A DNA stretch of 64,000 nucleotides from Candidatus Peregrinibacteria bacterium CG_4_10_14_0_2_um_filter_38_24. Lineage in GTDB: Bacteria; Patescibacteriota; Gracilibacteria; UBA1369; LOWO2-01-FULL-3. Position numbers and translations under genes: made by a program. Each line of letters opens with the position of its first letter. Position 1 is the first letter of the stretch. The notes under the pieces are model-generated. The model was not told the DNA's origin, did not search any database, and was given only the letters and a program-made list of their open reading frames with translations. The stretch spans positions 8,564 to 72,563 of the forward strand of contig PFOM01000039.1 of the NCBI GenBank assembly GCA_002792535.1. The letters are read 5' to 3'. Shown here piece after piece: positions 56,721-64,000 of this stretch.

Positions 56721-58757
56721 ATGAAATACGCACAAGTCTTATTCCCGCAAAAAATAATTTTCAAGAATCAAAAAGATAATTCTCTTGAAGAATTGAATTC
56801 AACTTTGACATATAAAATTCCAGAAAACCTAAATGTCGAGAAAGGATCACTCGTTAAAGCTCCAATCAGAAATTCACAAAGAATCGGAATAGTTTTAAGA
56901 ATTTCAGAAGCAGAGCCACCCTTCAGAACCTTCGAAATAAGAGAAATAATGCTACCCTATCCGGTTTTGACAAACAGTCAAATAGAGTTATTAAAGTGGA
57001 TTAGCTCATACTACTACTGCCCTATCCACCAAATAATAAAGCTATTTATTCCAAAAAAACTCCTAATAGCAAAAGAAACAAAAAAACGCACAACCAAGCC
57101 AAAAACAAGAGAAGTTGAACAAATTATTAGTTCCAAGAAAAAAGACCTAACAGAAGAACAAGAAAAAGCGATAAACAAAATATTAAAAGACTCATCGAAC
57201 ACTTTTTTAATACAAGGAGTGACGGGATCAGGCAAAACAGAGATTTATGTACACCTAGCAAAATATTTTATAAATCAAAACCTCCAAGTTTTGATCCTTG
57301 TCCCCGAAATCGCCCTAACCCCACAAACAATCGAGTACTTTGAAAGGTCAATTGGCATAAATGCATCAGTAATTCACAGTAAATTATCCGAAGGAGAACG
57401 AATAAGAAACTGGAAAGATATTTCAGGAGGAAAATCAAAATTAATTATCGGATCCAGATCCTCAATTTTCACTCCATTCAAAAATCTTGGCTTAATCATC
57501 ATCGATGAGGAACACGAATCTTCATACAAACAAGAAAATTCCCCAAGATATTCCGTACAACGCATAGCTGAAAAAATTCAAGAATTATCTAAAGACCAGC
57601 AAATAAAAATAGTCTACGGAAGTGCAACCCCATCGATAGAAATAGCAGAAAAATTAAAAAATTCTACAATAAAATTATTTAATCGCATCGGCGATATTCC
57701 GCTTCCAGCCGTCGAAATCGTAGACCTCCGAGAAGAATTCAAAAAACAAAATCACTCAATATTCAGCGAAAGATTACAGGAAGAATTACGAAAAGTTTTA
57801 GCAGAAAAAAAACAAGCAATCCTATTTTTAAATCGCAGAGGATCATCTTCATCGGTCGTATGCAGAGACTGCGGATTCATATACAAATGCGAAGATTGCG
57901 AAATGCCGATGACCTACCATGAAAAAACATTAGGCTCCCCCACCATGATCTGCCATCATTGCGGAAAAATTTTGAAACCGCCATCAACTTGCCCTACGTG
58001 CAAAGGCGTAAACATCAGATTTCTCGGAATAGGAACAGAAAGAATAGAAAAAGAAATACAAAAACTTTTTCCAAAAGCAAAAATCGTCCGCGCCGACAAA
58101 GACACAACAAGCAAAAAAGACAGCTTCAAAACCATATATGAAGATTTCAAAAACCACAAAGCAGACATACTCGTAGGAACACAAATGATCGCAAAAGGAC
58201 TTCATCTACCGCTTGTAAATCTGGTCGGCGTAGTTTTAGCAGATATAGGATTAAACATTCCAGACTTCAAAACTCTTGAAAAAAACTTCCAACTTTTAAC
58301 ACAGGTTTCAGGCAGAGCAGGCCGCACCGATACAAAAGGAAAAGTAATAATTCAAACATACAATCCGGACAATCTCGCCCTCAAATACACAAAAGAAAAC
58401 TCATACGATGAATTTTTCAAATACGAAATAACACAAAGAAAACTACTTCTAAATCCCCCATTCTCTCATTTAATAAAAATCATGGTAGAAGATAAATCGC
58501 TAAAAAATTGTCAGACAAAAACGGAAAAATTATACATACAAATAAATAAAATTCTCTCAAAATTAAACGCAATGTCCGAAGTGGAAGTCCTAAAATATCC
58601 GGCATACATGATAAAATTGCACAGTAAATACAGATATATTATTCTTTTAAAATCAGTGAACAGAGAAATCCTCGATAAAACATTAGAAAATATCGCAAAA
58701 GAGATTATAATGGACACATCTATAAAAATAGACATCGACCCAAATACCACTTCATAA
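56721..58757 (+). CDS. priA: primosomal protein N' (replication restart helicase PriA)
   Basis: 678 aa with Walker A GVTGSGKTEIY, DEEH (IIIDEEHESSYKQ), a Cys-rich zinc region (CRDCG...CEDC...CHHCG...CPTC), and helicase C motifs. Confidence 0.95.
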   Translation: MKYAQVLFPQKIIFKNQKDNSLEELNSTLTYKIPENLNVEKGSLVKAPIRNSQRIGIVLRISEAEPPFRTFEIREIMLPYPVLTNSQIELLKWISSYYYCPIHQIIKLFIPKKLLIAKETKKRTTKPKTREVEQIISSKKKDLTEEQEKAINKILKDSSNTFLIQGVTGSGKTEIYVHLAKYFINQNLQVLILVPEIALTPQTIEYFERSIGINASVIHSKLSEGERIRNWKDISGGKSKLIIGSRSSIFTPFKNLGLIIIDEEHESSYKQENSPRYSVQRIAEKIQELSKDQQIKIVYGSATPSIEIAEKLKNSTIKLFNRIGDIPLPAVEIVDLREEFKKQNHSIFSERLQEELRKVLAEKKQAILFLNRRGSSSSVVCRDCGFIYKCEDCEMPMTYHEKTLGSPTMICHHCGKILKPPSTCPTCKGVNIRFLGIGTERIEKEIQKLFPKAKIVRADKDTTSKKDSFKTIYEDFKNHKADILVGTQMIAKGLHLPLVNLVGVVLADIGLNIPDFKTLEKNFQLLTQVSGRAGRTDTKGKVIIQTYNPDNLALKYTKENSYDEFFKYEITQRKLLLNPPFSHLIKIMVEDKSLKNCQTKTEKLYIQINKILSKLNAMSEVEVLKYPAYMIKLHSKYRYIILLKSVNREILDKTLENIAKEIIMDTSIKIDIDPNTTS

Positions 58758-58764
58758 CCTAATT

Positions 58765-59751
58765 ATGCCAGCATCAAAAAAACGAATTTTATCGGGCATA
58801 CAACCAAGCGGACGCCCTCACCTCGGGAATTATCTTGGAGCAATGCGCCAACACATCGAGATGCAAAAAGATTTTGAATGCTTTCTTTTCATAGCAGACC
58901 TACACGCACTTACCACAGTCCACGACGCAAAACAAATGCAAGAAAACACATACAATCTTGCCGTTTCATACCTCGCCCTAGGACTCAATCCTGAAAAAAC
59001 AGTTTTCTTCAAACAATCGGACATATCAGAACATACAGAATTATTTTGGATTTTTGATTGCTTGGTAAAAATGCCATTTTTGGAAAGAGCACACGCATGG
59101 AAAGACGCAAAAGCAAAAGGTAAAAAAGAAGAAAGCGCCGGTCTTTTCAATTATCCTGTCTTGCAGGCCGCTGACATTTTACTATATCAACCTGACCTCG
59201 TTCCCGTAGGAAAAGACCAAAAACAACACATCGAAATGAGTCGCGATATCGCCATAACATTCAACACAACTTTCGGAGAAACTTTCAAAATTCCAGACCC
59301 ATTAATAAAAGAAGAAGTTGCCGTAATCCCCGGAACAGACGGACAAAAAATGAGCAAATCATATGGAAACACAATCGACATTTTCGCAGAAGAAAGCGAA
59401 CTAAAAAAACAAGTGATGGGAATCGTCACAGACTCAACTCCTCTTGAAAAACCAAAAGATCCGAAAAAATGTAACGTATTTAATATCTACAAACTCCTCG
59501 CAACAAAAGAAGAGATAAAAGAAATGGAAACAAAATACAAAAAAGGCGGTTTTGGCTATGGAGACGCAAAGAAAACTCTACTCGCAAAAATACTTGAACA
59601 CTTCAAAGAATCCAGAGAAAAATATAAAGAAATATATCCACAAAAAGACATGGTTTATTCCATTCTTGAAAATGGCTCTATGCAAGCAAAAAAGCTCGCA
59701 TCAAAAACTTTAAAAGAAGTTAAGACAAAAGTAGGATATATTACAAGATAA
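58765..59751 (+). CDS. trpS: tryptophan--tRNA ligase
   Basis: 328 aa with SGIQPSGRPHLGNYLGA (HIGH-type), GKDQKQHIE, and KMSKS. Confidence 0.95.
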   Translation: MPASKKRILSGIQPSGRPHLGNYLGAMRQHIEMQKDFECFLFIADLHALTTVHDAKQMQENTYNLAVSYLALGLNPEKTVFFKQSDISEHTELFWIFDCLVKMPFLERAHAWKDAKAKGKKEESAGLFNYPVLQAADILLYQPDLVPVGKDQKQHIEMSRDIAITFNTTFGETFKIPDPLIKEEVAVIPGTDGQKMSKSYGNTIDIFAEESELKKQVMGIVTDSTPLEKPKDPKKCNVFNIYKLLATKEEIKEMETKYKKGGFGYGDAKKTLLAKILEHFKESREKYKEIYPQKDMVYSILENGSMQAKKLASKTLKEVKTKVGYITR

Positions 59752-59780
59752 ACGCAAGATTTATCACTTGAACTTTGGCC

Positions 59781-59809
59781 TCCCTTCCATTAAAGTAGAC
59801 TGGAAGGGG
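59781..59809 (+). terminator. putative terminator hairpin after trpS
   Basis: TCCCTTCCA (59781..59789) pairs with TGGAAGGGG (59801..59809) with one G-U pair. Only a weak T-rich tract follows, so the call is tentative. Confidence 0.4.
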
Positions 59810-59826
59810 CAATTAATTTTATAAAT

Positions 59827-61446
59827 TTGTGTAAATATATATTCGTCACTGGAGGCGTTTGTAGTTCATTGGGGAAAGGAATTTCCTCAGCGTCCATAGG
59901 CGCACTACTCAAGGCTTCCGGATTAAAAATATTTACACAAAAACTCGATCCATATTTGAACGTAGACCCAGGCACGATGAGCCCTTTTCAACATGGAGAA
60001 GTCTTTGTCACAGATGATGGAGGCGAAACCGACCTAGACCTCGGCCACTACGAAAGGTTTATCGACACAAGCTTAAACAAACTTTCCTCTGTAACAACAG
60101 GGAGAGTATATAGCGAAGTCCTTGATAAAGAACGAAAAGGTGGATTTTTAGGACGCACAATTCAAATTATTCCACATATCACAGATGCAATTCAGGATAA
60201 AATCACAAAAGCCGCAGAAGAATCAAAATGCGACATAATGATGGTAGAAATAGGTGGAACAGTCGGAGATATCGAAGGACAGCCATTCCTAGAAGCAATA
60301 AGACAACTCCGAAATAAACTCGGAGCAGAGAACACATTTTTTGTTCACCTTACTCTTTTACCTTACCTTGCGGCCTCAAAAGAGCTCAAGACAAAGCCTA
60401 CGCAAGCCTCAGTAAGAGAACTAAGGTCAATAGGAATACAACCGGACATGATTTTAGCAAGAGCAGACTATCCTATAAAAAAAGACATCTTAAAAAAAAT
60501 CTCTCTATTCTGTGACGTTCAAGATGAATATGTAATCCCCGCCCCTACCGTAAGCACAATTTATGAAGTCCCATTGAATTTCGAAAAATACAACATCACT
60601 CAGCTAATCGCAGACAAACTAAATCTTGGCAAATTAAAACCAAATCTAAAAGAATGGGAAAAAGTAGTCGAAAAAATAAAAGCAAAAAAACCGTCATTGA
60701 AAATTGCATTGGTTGGAAAATACACCGGACTAGATGATGCTTATTTAAGCGTAATAGAATCTCTAAAAATAGCTTGTTACCACAACAACAGAGACCTAAA
60801 TCTTCTTTGGGTTTCTTCAGAAAATTTAGAAGAAAAGAACAAAGAGACGTGGGAATTACTGCATACAGCAGACGGAATTATTGTTCCGGGAGGATTCGGG
60901 TCACGCGGAATAGAAGGAAAAATACTTGCAGCAAAATACGCTAGAGAAAACAAAATTCCATATCTAGGCCTTTGTCTTGGAATGCAAATAATGACAATCG
61001 AATTCGCAAGATTCGCACTAAAAGACCCGGAAATAACATCCGAAGAATTTGATGAAAACAAAAAACTTTCTCCGGAAAAATATGTCATTCACTATTTAGC
61101 TGGACAATCCGACAAAAAAGCAAAAGGCGGAACATTAAGACTTGGATCTTATCCATGCAAAATTAAAAAAAACACAAAAACTTACAAACTTTATAAAAAA
61201 ACATCAATAGAAGAAAGACACAGGCACAGATATGAATTCAACAATGATTACAAATCCGCGCTTGAAAAAGCCGGAATAATTTTCTCAGGAACAAATCCTC
61301 AGCAAAATCTTGTTGAAATTGCAGAAATAAAAGAACATCCATTTATGATAGGATCTCAATTCCATCCTGAATTTAAATCCAGACCACTTCGCCCTCATCC
61401 GCTATTTGAAGGGTTTATTGACGCTTGCAAAAAACTCAAAAAATAA
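59827..61446 (+). CDS. pyrG: CTP synthase
   Basis: 539 aa with a TTG start. Motifs are [17 protein letters not shown], the glutaminase nucleophile GLCLGMQ, and FHPEF. Confidence 0.95.
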   Translation: MCKYIFVTGGVCSSLGKGISSASIGALLKASGLKIFTQKLDPYLNVDPGTMSPFQHGEVFVTDDGGETDLDLGHYERFIDTSLNKLSSVTTGRVYSEVLDKERKGGFLGRTIQIIPHITDAIQDKITKAAEESKCDIMMVEIGGTVGDIEGQPFLEAIRQLRNKLGAENTFFVHLTLLPYLAASKELKTKPTQASVRELRSIGIQPDMILARADYPIKKDILKKISLFCDVQDEYVIPAPTVSTIYEVPLNFEKYNITQLIADKLNLGKLKPNLKEWEKVVEKIKAKKPSLKIALVGKYTGLDDAYLSVIESLKIACYHNNRDLNLLWVSSENLEEKNKETWELLHTADGIIVPGGFGSRGIEGKILAAKYARENKIPYLGLCLGMQIMTIEFARFALKDPEITSEEFDENKKLSPEKYVIHYLAGQSDKKAKGGTLRLGSYPCKIKKNTKTYKLYKKTSIEERHRHRYEFNNDYKSALEKAGIIFSGTNPQQNLVEIAEIKEHPFMIGSQFHPEFKSRPLRPHPLFEGFIDACKKLKK

Positions 61447-61451
61447 AATTC

Positions 61452-62840
61452 ATGGAAGTTTTTAAATATATCGTCGCCAACAAGGACGGGAAAAAACTTA
61501 CAGGAACAGTAGAGGCTCCTGATGAACAAACAGCTAAAGTCGAGTTAAATAACCTCGGTTTTTCAATTTTAACATTAGAAAAAACTCAAGAACTTCCAAA
61601 ACATGACGACTCTTTAACAAAGTATATTTTTGAAGCAATCGATTCGAGCTCAAAACTCGTCTCAGGCACAATCCCAGCAAAAGATGCTGACGAAGCATTC
61701 TCAAAACTAACAAGCGGATATGCGCTAACAGTTACAGCAATTTGGAAAGAAGGAGCTCTCGAAGAAGAGATAAAAGAAGCAAGAGAAAAAGGAAACAAAA
61801 AAATGCAAGAATTCATCGAAAAAAAGAATGAAGAAAACGAAAGGGAAAAAACACAAAACGCAGAACAACAAAAAGAAGAAGCATTTATGAAAGAAAAAAT
61901 TGAAAATCTATTAAGAAAAATAAATGAACTCTTGGTCAAATTCGACAAAGATTTTACTCTAATACAAAGAAATGAAATAGAAAAAAAGATAAACAAACTT
62001 CTAAGAATAAAAAACAGTACAAACCTAAATTATGTGCTGGAAACAGCAGAAGACCTATTAAATTCCATAAAAGAACAAGAACAAACCCTCGTCGAAAAAG
62101 GCTATTTCGAAAAAAAAATGCACCTCGAAATGGAAACACAAAAATTAATAAAAGAACTTCATAGATCTTCAGCCCCAAGTTCAATTTCAGAAGATATAAT
62201 CAGTAAAATAAACAAATGGGAGCAATCAAATACTGGCCAAAAACAAGAAAGCATCCCTGCAAAATTTCTTGGGAAAACATTAGCGTGGATAAAAAACCTA
62301 TTCAAAAAACCACCACAAATAGTAGTAATAGAAGAACAAATAAGCGCATACAATCACCAACTATGGGAGTTTGCAAAAATGTATTTCAAAGAACCGACAA
62401 AAGAATATAAAGACAAAGTAAAAAATGCATTAAAAACAATATGGGCCGCAAGAAAAAAAGCAGTCCACAGCTTAGACCAAGCAAAAGAATTAATAAAAAA
62501 ACGAGAAGCAGGCCAAGTAAACACAATGGACATAGAGGGGAAATTCATAGAACCAGCAATAGAAGAATTAAATTCATTAACAGGCTGGCTCCTTGTTTTT
62601 TACTTATTTTATTATTTCATTTCAATCCTTATCACAACAAAAAATTTCGGCTTAACAACAATCCCTCAAGGATTTTTCATTTATAAAAGCCATGTTTTCA
62701 AGTACATACTCGGAATATTATTTTTAATGCACGCATCAACATCATTAAAAATAAATTTCTTTCAAAAAAATATTATCGCAAATTTATTATTGCCGATAGG
62801 ATTTGTGTTCGGCAGTGTTTTAGTTTTACTCAATTTTTAA
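61452..62840 (+). CDS. membrane protein with two N-terminal PilC/GspF-N-like repeats, a coiled-coil and a C-terminal TM bundle
   Basis: The ORF is open from 61425, inside the pyrG 3' end. The ATG at 61452 gives MEVFKYIVANKDGKKLTGTVEAPDEQTAKVELNNLGFSILTLEK. A second copy of the motif follows (TKYIFEAIDSSSKLVSGTIPAKDADEAFSKLTSGYALTV). Next come a K/E-rich ~250-aa region and about 3 TM helices. Confidence 0.65.
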   Translation: MEVFKYIVANKDGKKLTGTVEAPDEQTAKVELNNLGFSILTLEKTQELPKHDDSLTKYIFEAIDSSSKLVSGTIPAKDADEAFSKLTSGYALTVTAIWKEGALEEEIKEAREKGNKKMQEFIEKKNEENEREKTQNAEQQKEEAFMKEKIENLLRKINELLVKFDKDFTLIQRNEIEKKINKLLRIKNSTNLNYVLETAEDLLNSIKEQEQTLVEKGYFEKKMHLEMETQKLIKELHRSSAPSSISEDIISKINKWEQSNTGQKQESIPAKFLGKTLAWIKNLFKKPPQIVVIEEQISAYNHQLWEFAKMYFKEPTKEYKDKVKNALKTIWAARKKAVHSLDQAKELIKKREAGQVNTMDIEGKFIEPAIEELNSLTGWLLVFYLFYYFISILITTKNFGLTTIPQGFFIYKSHVFKYILGILFLMHASTSLKINFFQKNIIANLLLPIGFVFGSVLVLLNF

Positions 62841-62860
62841 TTCACAAATTTAACTAAAAA

Positions 62861-63682
62861 ATGAACCCAATATTATTCGAAACCCAATATTTTGCAATCA
62901 ACACTCTCTGGCTTTTCATAGCAGCAGGAGTAATAATTGGCGTCTACACTTTGATAATCCTAGCGGAAAGAAATAGCTTAAAACTGCAATTCTTAAGCGA
63001 AAATTCCGCGCAATTACTTCTCTGGACACTTATCGGAGCGAGAGTTTTTGGAATTATAGAAAACTATCAAGCATACTTTTACGAATTCTCAATCCACGCA
63101 ATCCTCAACATATTCTATATTTGGGACAAAGGATTAAATTTCGGCGGAGCCACAGTAGCATTCTTAATTTATTTTTTTATAATTTGCAAAAAAAACGATC
63201 AAGATTTTTTCAAATGGCTAGATGCCCTAATCCCGGCATCCATTATCGCCATCGCATTTGGAAACATTGGGGCATTCTTCGACGGATCAAATTACGGACA
63301 CGAAACCTCCCTTCCATGGGGAGTAAATTTTGAAAGTCCATCAATAAAATACACAGTCCCAATTCACCCTACACAAATATATGCATTCATTTACACAAGC
63401 CTAATCGCCGCCGGATTAATCCTCTCAAATCGCATAGAAAAATTTTCCAAACTTGAAAAAACAGGATTCATCGGCTTACTAGGGATTACAGCATACAATT
63501 TTTTTAGATTCTTGGAAGAATTTTTAAGAGGAGACGACGCAATAATAATTTTAGGAATAAGGCTTCCACAAATAATAGCGATACTTATAGCAATATCAGC
63601 TGGAATATTTTTGTATCTTCGCTATAATTCAACCATCACAAAAAAAATTATCAATAAATTTAAAAAAGTATGGAAAAAGTAA
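62861..63682 (+). CDS. lgt: prolipoprotein diacylglyceryl transferase
   Basis: 273 aa and polytopic, with segments WDKGLNFGGATVAF and SNYGHETSLPWGVNF typical of Lgt. Confidence 0.85.
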   Translation: MNPILFETQYFAINTLWLFIAAGVIIGVYTLIILAERNSLKLQFLSENSAQLLLWTLIGARVFGIIENYQAYFYEFSIHAILNIFYIWDKGLNFGGATVAFLIYFFIICKKNDQDFFKWLDALIPASIIAIAFGNIGAFFDGSNYGHETSLPWGVNFESPSIKYTVPIHPTQIYAFIYTSLIAAGLILSNRIEKFSKLEKTGFIGLLGITAYNFFRFLEEFLRGDDAIIILGIRLPQIIAILIAISAGIFLYLRYNSTITKKIINKFKKVWKK

Positions 63683-64000
63683 ACACATTATTAAAGTATA
63701 TTTTCGACACAACCCCAGGGTCAGATTTTGGCTACTACTTACCAATGTTAATATTGTCAGGACTATTAATTCTAGCAGGAATTGCATTCATGTTTGTATA
63801 TAATAAAAGAAAAAGAAAAGACTTCGCCTTCAAAAGAATGTTTAAAAACACAAGCAGAAGCCTAGTCTTCTTCGGAATTCTATTTTTATTCCTCATCGGG
63901 ACAAGATACGAAAATATCCCTTATTTCGGAATGAGATTTTTACTTTATATCTCACTCCTAGGCCTTGCTTACTTGCTTTACAGCTACGTAAAAAAACACA
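63670..64000 (+). CDS. membrane protein, 5' fragment (continues beyond window end)
   Basis: The ATG at 63670 overlaps the lgt 3' end by 13 nt. The frame stays open to the window edge: MEKVNTLLKYIFDTTPGSDFGYYLPMLILSGLLILAGIAFMFVYNKRKRKDF..., with at least 3 hydrophobic helices. It is absent from the ORF track because no stop lies in the window. Confidence 0.55.
   Translation, partial: MEKVNTLLKYIFDTTPGSDFGYYLPMLILSGLLILAGIAFMFVYNKRKRKDFAFKRMFKNTSRSLVFFGILFLFLIGTRYENIPYFGMRFLLYISLLGLAYLLYSYVKKH

Overview
This is an AT-rich 64-kb chromosomal segment (roughly one-third G+C by eye, not computed) and it is very gene-dense. I count about 56 protein-coding genes (two cut by the window edges) and 2 tRNAs (Lys-CUU, Arg-UCG). 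I found no rRNA, CRISPR array, transposase, integrase or recognisable phage gene. Coding strands are strongly A-rich and K/E-rich, so the many long F/S/L-rich antisense ORFs in the six-frame track can be dismissed. The standard genetic code fits: ATGA and TAATG start-stop overlaps use TGA/TAA as stops, and RF1 is present. Content is mostly housekeeping. DNA metabolism: radA, gyrB, gyrA, ruvA, ruvC, priA. Translation: prfA, prmC, rpsU, rpmE, trpS, tgt. Aromatic amino acid cluster: tyrA, then divergently aroF-aroB-aroA-MFS-aroK, with aroC elsewhere. Central and sugar-nucleotide metabolism: glmS, pyk, gpmI, NDP-sugar transferase plus cupin, pyrG, nadB. Envelope and secretion: GT4, S41 protease, CE4 deacetylase, prepilin peptidase, SecDF, Lgt, and a HlyD plus RND pair. 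Shine-Dalgarno-like sequences are nearly absent, genes are compact, no outer-membrane factor sits beside the RND pair, and there are several ORFans. Together these suggest a reduced-genome, possibly Patescibacteria/CPR-like organism, but that is inference only. No single obvious novel multi-gene system is visible. The best candidates for a second look are: (1) a terminator/antiterminator leader with a Tyr-Phe mini-ORF upstream of the aro operon; (2) an orphan VirB4-like ATPase with a long low-complexity N-terminus, embedded between gyrB and gyrA among large surface proteins; (3) a SecDF fusion carrying a parvulin PPIase insert in its periplasmic head; (4) a tRNA-Arg-adjacent island of three ORFans with its own promoters and terminators and a TTGAC pentamer array; (5) unusual long-stem GC-rich hairpin elements at gene ends, plus a GC-rich in-frame insert inside nadB; (6) a recurrent TGnTAnAnT-N6/7-ATG layout implying leaderless mRNAs; (7) a 43-codon ORF broken by a perfect 25-nt tandem duplication.
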